Shown here in pieces: positions 1-11,399 of a DNA stretch of 64,000 nucleotides (its first letter is position 1; every line of letters starts with the position of its first letter). Under the pieces are notes generated by a model. That model worked only from the letters and a program-made list of their open reading frames with translations. It was not told the origin of the DNA and did no database searches. This stretch comes from Oikopleura dioica (lineage: Eukaryota; Animalia; Chordata). The DNA lies in NCBI GenBank assembly GCA_907165135.1, contig OU015566.1, forward strand, positions 2,170,001-2,234,000, read 5' to 3'. A program made the translations under genes and the position numbers.

Positions 1-442
1 GAAGAGATTTTTATTCTCAGCAATTTTCTGCTGATTTTTCTGAATTCGAAAAAGAGACTTCACTGCGCGCACCTGACGCAACTGCGATTCTCGGATGTTT
101 ATTCCCACTTCAAATCGGAAAGCAAATCCACTGGGCTTCCACTTTGGCTTGACAAGGCGCCGACCAAGAATGTCCCTGGCGACGTTGTTACAGGAAATCC
201 AGTCTTTAAATGTTTTTGCTTCATTTTGGCATTAAATTTTGAATATGACTTATGAAGACTATTGTAAGCTTCTCATGCTTGGTCGAAATTGAAGTCAAAT
301 TGGGGAACATTGAAGGATCTTCTGCCCGTTGATTTTGTCGCTGGATGGGTGGTGAAAGATGAGTTCAGGTGAGATAATAGGAAATGGATTGAAAAGCCCC
401 CGGGGCAAGCTTACTCTCACCCAAGGTGGAAACCGAAGTCAT

Positions 443-510
443 CACTAATGACTCATCACTGATGATGACTCATCATTGATGATAACTCATCATTGATGAT
501 GACTCATCAG
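443..510. repeat. Short tandem repeat (~18-bp unit ACTCATCA(C/T)TGATGATG, ~4 copies), probably intronic
   Basis: Directly visible at 443-510. Confidence 0.8.
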
Positions 511-535
511 ATCATCTATCATATTATTTATTCTA

Positions 536-2944
536 GAGAATTCTTGATCCGCCGATTCGATCTCCATTTCGACTCAAAGAAAGAATACTCCAAATTATGG
601 AAACGAATCGATTTGAACGGATTCAACGCGGTCAAAGTAGAAGACATCACAAAGCGAATCGCGGGGCCAGTACGACCATTTTCTTCAGAAGAATCGAGAG
701 CGAAGAGGAAGCCAAATAAGTTCAACGATATCACCGTTATTGAACGAAAATCAGCAGAAGCGGAAGATTCCCTCGCTGCGCCAAAAACAGCAGTTTCTGA
801 AAGAAAAATGATCAAGGGCAATATCGAGCAATGGCTAAAATACAAGTTCCGCGAAGGCTTCAAAGACCTCCGGGATGCCTTCAAGCTTCATGATCGCTCG
901 GACACGGGGAGAATCGGAAGGAAAAATTTCAGACGAGTTCTGGGAAAATATGGGCTTCATTTGAAAGATGATCATGCTCTGAATACGCTGCTCTCGAGAG
1001 TCGGGATTTTGGAGCCGGGAGATGTAAATTACAAGATGTTTTTGACGCGATTTCAGGATCGGTCGGATCAGGGAATGACCTACGAAGTCCTCAAGAGAAA
1101 GGAGAAGAAGATTCTTGAGCGGCCAGGAACTCCAGGATCGACTGTCACCCGAATCGAGTCGAAAATACTGTCGATGCTTCAATCCGACTACCTCTCTCTC
1201 GTCGCTGCTTTCCAGTAAAACCATCTTCTTGATATCAAAGATAATTTAAAATTATTAATTTTAAATCAAGCAAATTGGATCGCGAGAACAAGAATATCAT
1301 CGCCAAATCTGAGTTCCAAGCCCTCCTTGAATCCCGATTCGGCCTTGAAATGGACTCAGATGAGTTCAACAGGCTTTTGAAAAATGTCCCGTTGGATAAA
1401 AAGGGGAACATAAGATACCCAGAATTTCTTTCTCAATTTGATGCTGGAAGAGATAACAGGTTTTGTTTATCATGAATCATTTAAAAAAACTTTCTAAGGT
1501 CTCTTTTTGCACCGACAGAATATACGTCTGCTTCTAGAGCTCGCCCTGTCAAGAAAAGAAAGACTGAAGGTTTGTGTTTTTCTTCAAAAATATTCTTATT
1601 TATCAGATTTGAACAACTTAATCGAAGTCGCCCTGCAAGAAAGCGTCTCCAAAGTCGAAGAATATTTTCGCGAAGTCGACCAGCTCAACCATGGATGGCT
1701 AACTGTCGAAACGCTTTACCAACTGCTCCAAAAACTCGACCTCTCCCCGCCTATTTCGAGAGACGAATGTAGAAAGCTCTGGCCGCAGTTTCGGCTGAAT
1801 GCGAAGAACACGCTTGATTGGGATGAGTTTTTGAGGCATTACATGTATTCTCAAGAGTAAGGTGATTTCATCGAAAAAATGGGAAAATAAATTTAGGACC
1901 GCTGCTTTCCCAAATGCAAAAAGAGCACCGCCGAGAAAGGGAGATGATGATTTGAACAGAAGATCGAATAAATTGAACGGAGTTGTTTATTATCTCAAAA
2001 CAGAAATTCGAACAGGTAGTGTAGAACTAGCTTTCGATGCAAAAAATACTTGAAATTTTTAGCCGTGGAAATGAAATTTGACGAGTTTCAAGAAAAGTTC
2101 TTGTCAATGGATCCTTATCATACGGGTTTCATAACTGCAGAAGAATTCAGCGATATTCTGAAAGAAACATGCGATGAACTGGAAGATGTCGATGCCGAAG
2201 AAATTTGCAAAGCGTACGACACAAATCATGACGATAGAGTTAATTATATCGAGTTTTTGAAGCCGTTTGCGGATAGAAGAAGGATCATTAGAGGAGATGA
2301 TATTCATGTTTTGAAAAGTGTGAGTGAGGATTTTTTATGGCTAGAGAAAAAATGGTTTTTAGAGAGTAACTGCTTTCGGAGAAGAAAGTGACATTCTGAA
2401 GAAATTTATTGAACTCATTGTTGACAAGGTACACTCGATAAGAAATAATCAGCTGTTCTTTCTTGGTCGAGTCGTGTTATATCGATCTTCTGTTTTTTGC
2501 TATTTCATTTTGGGAATAGGACAGATTCGGGTCAAGAGCTCGCTTTTATGCCGAAAATTATAAATTTGGTTAATTTTTATCGATAAGGCCAGATTCTTGA
2601 CCGAAATCAACCGTTCAAATCGCCGTTAGATATCAGATCGCCAGATGATAACCTAAAAAAATCACTTTAGAAAATCGCTCACGCGACAGTAAGAAGAGAA
2701 TTCCGCAAGTGTGACTTGAAAAATAGCGGCAAAGTTCCGATCAGCGATATGAAAACAATCGTCAGACGCTTTGGAATTTCTTTTGGTAATAGTCACTTTA
2801 CCAAGCGCTATCTTTATGATTATTTTAGACTCTGATGATATTTATAAACTAGCAACGGTGCTAGACAGAAACGTAACTGGCTACATTCAATACTCGAATA
2901 TCATCACACTAGTCCAGAATAAAACGCCGAAGCCAAGTGAGTAA
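536..2944 (+). CDS. Multi-EF-hand protein, EFCAB6-like (multi-exon; 5' exons probably upstream of 536)
   Basis: Repeated EF-hand pairs across exons: DAFKLHDRSDTGRIGRKNF, FREVDQLNHGWLTVE, FLSMDPYHTGFITAEEF, YDTNHDDRVNYIEF, FRKCDLKNSGKVPISD, LDRNVTGYIQYSN. Last exon ends TPKPSE* (TAA 2942-2944). Confidence 0.75.
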
Positions 2945-3174
2945 CTCGTAAAAAATACAATCTGACGATTTGCAAGGCCCGATCTGCTGAGAAACCTGAT
3001 GCTGCTGCAATATTATTGAGTATTTGTACTGTATTGTTTATTGTTTTATACGATCTGAATAAAATTTTATTTTTCATAAATTTGAATCTTCTCAATATGC
3101 ATATTCTTCGATGTGCGTAGTCTTTTTGGGGGTTCAAATGAATTCGAAGAAAAGAATCGATCAACAAATCCTGA

Positions 3175-3821
3175 TCAACAAAATCTTTGACCCGGTCCTT
3201 CATGCAGTCGATTCCAAAAATCGTTGTTGTCTTCACAACTCTCTTATTTTGAAAGCCTGGGAATAATAATAGATCAAATAAAAAAGGATGCGTTTACCAG
3301 AAGAGGAATTCATCGATGGATTATCTTTTCGACTAACTGGGTGGAAGACTGAAATTTCCGGTTGTTCACCAGATATGGGGACATCTGGTTCGTAGGACAC
3401 TTGTCTTCGGCTTCGTCGTTCATCTTGTTTGACTCTTTTTCTTTCCTTTTCTCGCATTTCTTCCTCTTCTTTCTGTTGGTTCCCGATCTCATTGATCAGC
3501 TCATCAACCCAAGGATCTAAAAAGGCTTGAAGGACTGAAGAAAGACAGAATGGACCTGGGTCAGTGTCTTCCTCAGCAGGAGTTCTTCTGAAAGCAGACA
3601 TGGGTTTTACCGCTTGACGATTTGCCCTTGCGGTTTTTATGACCAGGGCTAAAAATGGGTTCAACGACAAAATTCGTCAAAAGAAAATTTTCCGATTGTC
3701 AGAATGAACCCTTTCCGTTTCCCATCATCATTCGAGGCATCTTTTCTTCTTCAAAAATAGGCGCCGATTCTCGTTTTTCTAGCTGCGTTAGTGACCAATA
3801 TTTTCCTTCTGTCGCGACCAT
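3175..3821 (-). CDS. Uncharacterised small protein with a charged coiled-coil segment (3 exons)
   Basis: ATG 3821 (MVATEGKYWS...), GT-AG introns near 3710-3652 and 3305-3245, EEEEMREKERKRVKQDERR segment. The last-exon frame is inferred (SCEDNNDFWNRLHEGPGQRFC*). Confidence 0.5.
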
Positions 3822-4181
3822 CGTGCTTTCTTCAGGGTTTTTATGATGATGGATTTCTCTCGTAAATTCCGATCCTTGAAGTTTTCCGTTTTTTCGACAA
3901 AGCTTTTGCCTTAATTACGGGAAATTATTATATGTTTTTGGAGAGTATGGTTTCATCGTAAAAATAAGGACATAAAATCTGAAAAATGCGCTCAATCTTA
4001 ATAAGATAAAATATTGATTTATTTTCAAAATATCAATAATTGAAAATATGACTAAATTATAGTTCATGCTTTATTAGCAAATTTGAAAATGAAAAAAATT
4101 CCTGTTACTTTCTGGTCAAATATAAATATTTGCACAGTATCGTGCAAAGAGACACCTCACGTGTATGAATTCAATTTTGAA

Positions 4182-5123
4182 ATGGATGGTTTAAGATATG
4201 AAAGAGGAATCCAAAAAGAGCTTTTGGTTGATCCAAGAGATAGTACTTGGAAAAATACGTGTTCTGTTTGCGGGTAAGACTGATGTTTATCAAAATTAAT
4301 TCGTTGGAAATTCGTTAACGCTTTTTGTAGGCTGATCTCGAAGTTTTTGTTTTTGCATTACATTCCGAAATGGACTCAATCTATCCGACCGCAAGAGGAA
4401 TGTAAACGACGATTATGCGATAATTGTTTTCAAGAAGATAATAAATCTCGATGTCCTATGGAAAACTGTCTCGCCGTCATACAAAGAAGATCTAACGCAC
4501 TGACAAGAATCGAGATTGATTGGAAAAGGCTCGTTTTCTCTTGCCCATTGAACCCAAAGTGCAGACAATTCCTACCGTATGACGATGTTGCTACGCATAA
4601 ACATGAGTCAAAAGACAAATCAACCACGAAGAAATTGTTAGATGAATCATCATCATCATCATTATCATCATCAGATGGAAAAACAACTAAAAAAACAACA
4701 GTCAATAATAGAAAACAGGGCGATCGAATAACTAAAACTTGGATGTCACCTGAAAGCGATTTGGATAATTGCCGATCTGACCAATCTTTAGCTGACCGTA
4801 TGGTAAAATTTGCGGAAGAAATCAGAAAAACTGAATCAGATTCACGAAGTCAAAGACAATCATTAGAACGACTAAGCAATGAAAAACAATCTCTCGAAAA
4901 TGAGAATAACCAAATGAAAAATGAAATCAAAAGACTCGCTGATGAAAATTCCAAGCTAAAAACAAGAACATCTGAGCTGGAAGAAGAAAATCGAGCTTTG
5001 AAGGAAAAGCAAAATGAAAATTGTGATATGAATGAAATGTTTGAAAAATTCACTGTTGAGTGGATGGAACGACGAGGTATTTTATCATTCACAACCGTTC
5101 GTATAAGAAATTTAAGGCTATAA
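4182..5123 (+). CDS. RING-like + TRAF/SIAH-type zinc finger + coiled-coil protein (2 exons)
   Basis: MDGLRYERGIQKELLVD...CSVCG|...HYIP...CKRRLCDNC...CPMENC, then SCPLNPKC...VATH and a heptad-rich C-terminus. GT-AG intron ~4274-4330. Confidence 0.6.
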
Positions 5124-5530
5124 CCTCTCTTTTGGCCTCTTCGGAAAACCGACTTCCCTTGGTCGATTTCAAAAATTAAAAAGGCTCATATACTCAAAAT
5201 CTATCGCAGATTTCAGAAATGCGATCAAAAATTATTTTTTCTTTCGAAATTTTGAGTTTACGATCATTCAAAAAACGCCATTCGGTTTTCCGAAGAATTT
5301 TACCATTACAGAGGTAGATTTTTTTCGATCAATTAATACATTAAAGCCTTCTCTACAATCCTCACGGAGAAAATCTTCGATATCTCCTCAAATTTTCATT
5401 CTAGGGCCATGTTAGTGCTGGCACTTGAGGTTAAAAATGCGCGTGGACGCGCTGAGCGGAGTGCTATCCTCCAGGCCAGAAAGAGAGCGCTGTTGGCGAG
5501 CGTGTGAGTCAAGCGATTCATCGCGCTGTG

Positions 5531-5565
5531 ATTGGCTGCGCGGATCTCAAGCGTCAGTCTATAAA
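5531..5565 (+). promoter_or_regulatory. Putative Pol II core promoter (reverse CCAAT box + TATA box)
   Basis: ATTGG at 5531 and TATAAA at 5560 in a GC-rich patch ~260 bp upstream of the RING ORF. Confidence 0.4.
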
Positions 5566-5827
5566 CAAAAGAGTTTTAAAAGAAGAGAGAACTATAATCA
5601 TAATTTGGACAATTCTTTGAAATTTTTTCGGTAGGAATCATAGAATATGCTCTATTCAATATTATTATCGGGTTAATTCTACCTCAGAACTTCCAGTTTT
5701 CTCGGAAAACCGAATGGCGATTTTTAAATGATTCTAGAGCAAAAAATTACCAAAGAAAAGTATTTTTTGATGGCATTTTTGAATTCTTTAGGGGAAAACA
5801 AATATGTTCGCTTTTTAAATTTTTGAA

Positions 5828-6073
5828 ATGGATCAAGGGAAGTCCGTTTTCCAGAGCGGCCAAAAGAGAGGTTATAGCCTTAACTCAGGTTTGTCTCAAA
5901 CCTGCAAAATCTGCCAGGAGATGTACGATACGAACGAACATTTTCAAACTGCACTGAAATGTGGACACACTTTTGGGGAAAACTGCATTCGCACCACTCT
6001 GGAAAACACAAATCGATGCCCTGTTTGCAATCGCAAGGCAAATATCAACGAAATGAACCGTGTTTATTCATGA
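5828..6073 (+). CDS. Small RING finger protein (RFWD3-type C3HGC3 variant)
   Basis: CKIC...CGHTFGENCI...CPVC; Gly replaces the usual Cys after the His. Confidence 0.75.
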   Translation: MDQGKSVFQSGQKRGYSLNSGLSQTCKICQEMYDTNEHFQTALKCGHTFGENCIRTTLENTNRCPVCNRKANINEMNRVYS

Positions 6074-6122
6074 TTTTTAAAACTGTCAAATAGGAAATAA
6101 AGACGATTTTAGGAGAAGCCTT

Positions 6123-7438
6123 TTACTTCTTCATCATTTTCTTGACCTCCTCGCAGATCTCCTTGAACATCTTCTTGGCCTTCTCGTTCTTCATGAGTCG
6201 TTTGAAGTCGCCTTCTTCAAGGTCGAGTTTCTCCTTGAGGAACATAAGGACGTCCTCGAGCTCGAATTCCATATCGCGCCAGGAGTGGCCTTCGAAGTCG
6301 GTTTTGTCACCGTCCCAGACTGGCCAACCGAATTCGGCTTCAGGTTCGGGCTCCTGTTTTTCTCCGTCTCGGTCGCTGTTGAGAATTTCCATGTTCACAT
6401 CGGTGTCCATGACGTTGTTTTGATTGATGAAGTTCTAGATAAAAGATGAAAAAGGAAACTTATCTTTTCGGCAAACCTGGACATTGACGAGAATTTGCGG
6501 GAGCTTTTCGCCATGTTCTTCCATGAAATTGACGAACTTGATGAAAGCTCGTTCGCCATCAAAGGCAGCTCGGGCTTCATCACCAGTGGTGCCATCCCAA
6601 ACTTCCCATCCAGCTTCTGGCTGTTCTTCGGGCTTTTCTAGAAAGAAAGAATAGTTCTCATTTGCGATTTTTTAAAACCTGGTCGCTCAAAATCATGATC
6701 ACCATTGAGAATTTCCATGTTGACGTCGGTATCGATCACGTTGTTCTGGTTGACAAAGTTTTGGATGTTCACCAACAATGCTGGAAAATCACCGTCGTAT
6801 TCTTCAAGAAGCTCGAAGAAATGCTCAAGATCCATCTTGCTGACTTCATGATCAGGAGATCGGGATTCGTGTTCGTCATCTTTGACTGGGGATCGGGACT
6901 CATGTTGGTCTTCGGGGGACTTGGGACCTTTGTGGTGGGGAGATTCAGGTCGTCGGCGGGGCTTGTCGTCGTCAAAGTCGATGTTGATGTTGGTGATGAA
7001 GTTCTAAGAAAAGATGTCGAAATGAGTGAATCGATGGTAGTAACCTGTTCGAGATCAACATCAGTTTCAATGTCATTCTTGACTGGAGCGAAGACACCGT
7101 TCTGGCCAAGCTTGGCTTCTTTCATGAGGTTCTTGATCACTGAAGAATCGATCTACTTCGGTTTTTCTTGATAAACACTTACTCATGAATTTCTTCACCA
7201 TTTTCTTCATCTTCTCCTTATCGCCCATGAATTCCTCGGGAATACCCAACTCCCATTCTGGGGACATTTCAGGGGACATATCAGGTGAGGCAAGAGGGGA
7301 GTCCATCTTCGGCGAATCAGCAGATCGTGGGGAAGCAGATCGGGGAGATCCAGATCGTCGTCCAGACTTGGGGCTAGCAGATCTCTTGACGCTTGCACCA
7401 AGGGCACCGGCGACGAGAAGAGATCCCAAAAGTTTCAT
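6123..7438 (-). CDS. Secreted acidic protein with internal repeats (about 5 exons)
   Basis: Signal peptide MKLLGSLLVAGALGA, SP-rich N-terminus, repeated NF(V/I)NQNNV(I/M)DTDVNMEILN, and GT-AG introns that restore one frame to the stop at 6123. Confidence 0.7.
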
Positions 7439-7840
7439 TTTTCAATAAAGTTTTCTTACTCTATTTGAGATTAATTCGATCTTAGCGATCATTAAATACT
7501 TTGGCGGGACAAAGCCGTTTTTCAGAATCCGGAATCGGAACAAGGAAACAAAGATGGAAAACGGAAGTGAGGTTCGCTTGTCCTTTGTGAATTGTTTTAC
7601 TGACAAACTGTAAGTTAAAGTCATGAGGAGAGTAATGTCAATCGATCATGGTTACTCGAGCAAATTTACGGTAGGACATCCTTAGATCTTGATTTTTTTC
7701 AAGGTCACATCATTTCTTTTCTTTTATTAAAATGCTGAGGCTTACTAACTTGTAACTTTTATGTAGAAGATTCTAGATTTGCGAAGGAGGAGCTGATTTT
7801 ATTTTGTCAGATGCGATTCTTGGGAAATAATATAAGTCGT

Positions 7841-10800
7841 TCAGACAACAGAACTGGAAGATGAAGAAGAAGAAGAGGAGCCGTCCTCGAGAAGATAAGA
7901 AAAGTACTCATCAGTTTGCGGATCGCCCATTAGGCCGTAGCGGACCGCATCCATCCATGAGGCAATCGCAGGGGCGTCTGTGAACATCATGTCAATTTCA
8001 TCAAAGTCGATGAAAAATCCAGTCATGTTGCCAAGGTGGTTGACTTGATCAACGCCGACACTAGGATCTGTTAGATATGATTTGTGAGGAAGAACTTACT
8101 GAAGGAGTCCGGCAATTGTGTCGCGTCCTGACATAGCAACATCAATAGCATCAGCAACTCGTGGGAGGATGAATCCTCGCACCATGTCGTATCCCTGTTG
8201 GATCTCGTCTCGGAAGTAAAGGAGCATTGAGGCAACATCAGTTGGTTTGAACATGAAATACGTTTCGAGAATATTGTTGACTTCTTGAACGATGACCTAA
8301 ATATCCGCTCGTAATTTCATAAATTTCTCGCTCATAAATTTCTCCGCTCATAAATTTCTCCGCTCGAAAATACCTCAACAATGCCAAAGGTAATCGTCAT
8401 CTCATCTTCAAAGTTCAGGAACATATAGAGAATTCCAAAAGAAACATTGTCAACGTGACCTTTGATGGCGCCAAGCATTTCAGCATCGATTGGCATGCCA
8501 GCATCGACATCGGCGAGTTTTTCCGAAATGTAGCCAATGGTTTCGAAGAGATTTTCTACACAGAAGATGAAAAAAAAATCTTAAGAAAAAAAACGATCAA
8601 ACCAGTGACCATGGCGATCGCTCCGTAGTAATCGTCAGTGTTGTTTGAGACCATGATTGCGTTGAACAGATCAGTGTCGAAGCTAAAATTCTCATAAAAA
8701 GAATCGTCTTTCTTCGATTTTACCTGAACAGTGGGGATTCCAAGATAAGAGCTGTAGCGTCCTCGTCGCTGATTTCTAGCATACTGAACCAGATTCCAAA
8801 TGCTTCCTTCATCTTCATTGCAACCATATCTGGCTCCTCATTGACAGCCTCAAGGAAGCCCTCAATATCGCTGAGAATCATCTTGGATACTTCCAAGAAA
8901 CCATCAATAAGAGGTCGCATTTGTTCAGGGAGGCCGACCATGTTGAGAATCTCCTCTGTCATGGGAACGAAGCCTGAGAGATCGTTCATCATCCACAGAT
9001 CATCGAGAACATCCTCAATGCTGATTTTTCCCCTAAAAAAGGTTATTGAAAGGCTAATTGGAAAGTAATTACTCAAGAAGAGCAGATAATCCATTCAAAG
9101 CACCAGAGACCATTTCCCAGTCCATCGATTGCATAACCTCTTCGACAACCATAATCATCTCTTCATCCATCATCGGACCCAAGAGGCTGCGAACCATTGC
9201 CATCATCTGCTCCATATCCATCTCAGCCAGGTCTTCCAAGAATCCAGTGGGGTCTTTTACGGCATTTTCAATTTTATTCTAGAAGGCTTAAGGGGGGTCG
9301 ACGAGAATTTTTTCCGGCGAGATCGTAATTTCGCTTATACTCATAGTCTGGATACGAATCTTATATTTTTGGAATCTACAGATCCCCCTGAATCTGTTGA
9401 GCCTAAAATCATTTGATAAAAATTGGATTTAGGGGGTGAAATGAACAAAATTGTAAAAAAATTGACCATTTTTAGTGCATTTTCGCGGAAATGGCCCTAC
9501 TTTGACGGGATTTTTGACCGATTTTTTCTGGTCAAAATTTTTTCTAGATTTCGCCGCCTGATTTTTTCAACCCTTTTCTATCGACCAGTAAAATCAGATT
9601 TTGCCTATCTACTCAGGTTTTTCCGCATTTTTGGTCACGGAAATCCCGATTCTCGTCGACCCCCTTAACCTTGTTAAAATCAAGAATCTGAAAACCGGTC
9701 CTGTGAACAATTCTGTAACAACCGCCTCAATGCTCATTTCTCCACCAATGTCTGGCTTTTTATCGCCTTTCATGAATTCATCAACTTGCATCAACAACAT
9801 TCCCGCAAGTCGTTCAAGCTCCTTCTTATCGTCCCAGCTCAAGTCCCATTCTGGATTCTTTTTCTCAAAAAGCTTGACGAATTTCTTCACAAAAACTCGA
9901 AAGTATTCCATGTCGTCTTTTTCGTCAATCTGATCGAAGAGAATTGCAATGTCTCCATGGTTGACATTTCCGAATCCGAAGTAGCCCATTTCTTCCTCCA
10001 TGAATTTCTTGATCAATCCCTCGAATTTCTTCTGCTCGCCGCACTGTCCGATCAAATCGAGACAGTCTCGCTCCGGATCGGAAAGGCAGTTTTGAAGGTC
10101 AAAGCAAGGCACTTTGACTCCCATTTCATAGGCAGCCATCTGCATGCTGAAATCCCACAGTCCTTTGTGCATGGCCTGGAGGGCGAAGACCTGCTCGTAC
10201 ATTTCTTTACCGACTCTCATCGGAACATCGAGCTGGTTCATCATCGCGATGTTGTCCAAAGTCGATTGGATGTCCGAATCCCAAAGAGAGACTTCATTCT
10301 GCGGGAAAGGGTAGTCCCTTTCTTCGAGATCAACAACTTTTCCCTTGACCCATTTTTGCACTTTATGGCATTCGTCAGAGTGGCCGTCTTGCTTGTTGAT
10401 TTCAACGTCTCGGCCGACGATTCGCTCAAAGTTTTTCCGCTGCTTTTTGAATTTCTTCGCGTCTTTGCCATTGAAATTGAGCTCGTCGGTTATCTTGTAC
10501 GGGAGGACGCCTTTGAAGGGAGTCAAGACGTAGAATTCGTTGCAGTCATTGAGGCCGAATCTTGCGCCGACGAGCTCGTCATCGTAGAAGAGACCACGAA
10601 CATCTGGGCCTTCTTCGCAGGCATGAAGAAGGAGAGACTCCCTGAAATATGTTTTGGGCTGAAATTCTTGATTGAAACTTACTCAGGTCGGAAATCCTTG
10701 TTGAACATGACGCTCATGGACGATCTTGGGTTTCCTGCTCCTCTTGCAGAAAGCCATTTCTCAGCAAGTTTGATGTCATTTGAAACTTCAGGGAAGCTTT

Positions 10801-10880
10801 TGACATGATTGATACCAGAAAACTCGCCGGAATGCTTGAAACAGAAGGTGTTTTTCTTGTCGTATTTTCCGTCTTTGAAG
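7841..10880 (-). CDS. Large acidic Met/Asp/Glu-rich multi-exon protein; N-terminal Cys-containing region possibly BRICHOS-like; start not resolved
   Basis: ORFs 9609-10526, 8720-9094 and 7841-8026 plus intervening exons can be joined through GT-AG introns with consistent coding-like codon usage. Confidence 0.55.
9292..9664. mobile_element. MITE with TTAA target duplication and GGGGG termini (Kolobok-like), intronic
   Basis: TTAA-GGGGGGTCGACGAGAAT ... ATTCTCGTCGACCCCC-TTAA. Confidence 0.8.
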
Positions 10881-11399
10881 GTTCAAGCAACTCAAATCTA
10901 GAAAGTTCAAAAGTTGAGTAAGCTTATTTAATTGAAGCTTTGAATTATAGCTTTTTAAAAGTTGTGTGGTTAAATATGACCCTGATCCTTTTGATCTTGA
11001 TGAGAAGAAATAAACGTCTTTTATGAGCGTGAGAGGTTATTTAGGTTGGCAATATTTTCGAAATCAATTTAATGATCGAATGAGGTCTTAAAATCATGAG
11101 CGAAAAATTTTGTTTATCAAGAGATTTAGAATATTTGATTATTTTGAGGAAAATAACAAGGCATTCACGGACAAGAATAAGGAGATCGAATTTGAATTAT
11201 CGTAAAAAAAATTTTTATTAAAAATATCTATAAGGTCTTCAATAAATTTATTACTGAGTATGAACCCTTCCTTCCGGGAATTCGAATTCCGACGGCATCA
11301 CAATGCTTCCTGCCGAAAGGCCAAGGAAACCCGCGAGAAGCTTCATCTTTTCTCTCACTCTTTGAGTTATGAACTCTGCGATCGCAACAGACGCGTATT

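Noticed and set aside
2904-3236. Minus-strand ORF whose end would overlap the EF-hand gene's last codons (antisense CDS overlap)
   Set aside because: The available splice acceptors put the upstream gene in a different frame ending at ~3175, so the overlap is probably spurious
8320-8368. Three tandem ~16-bp repeats CATAAATTTCTCCGCT
   Set aside because: Ordinary intronic minisatellite
9786-10808. 340-aa plus-strand ORF
   Set aside because: Antisense shadow of the minus-strand acidic gene; no domain features
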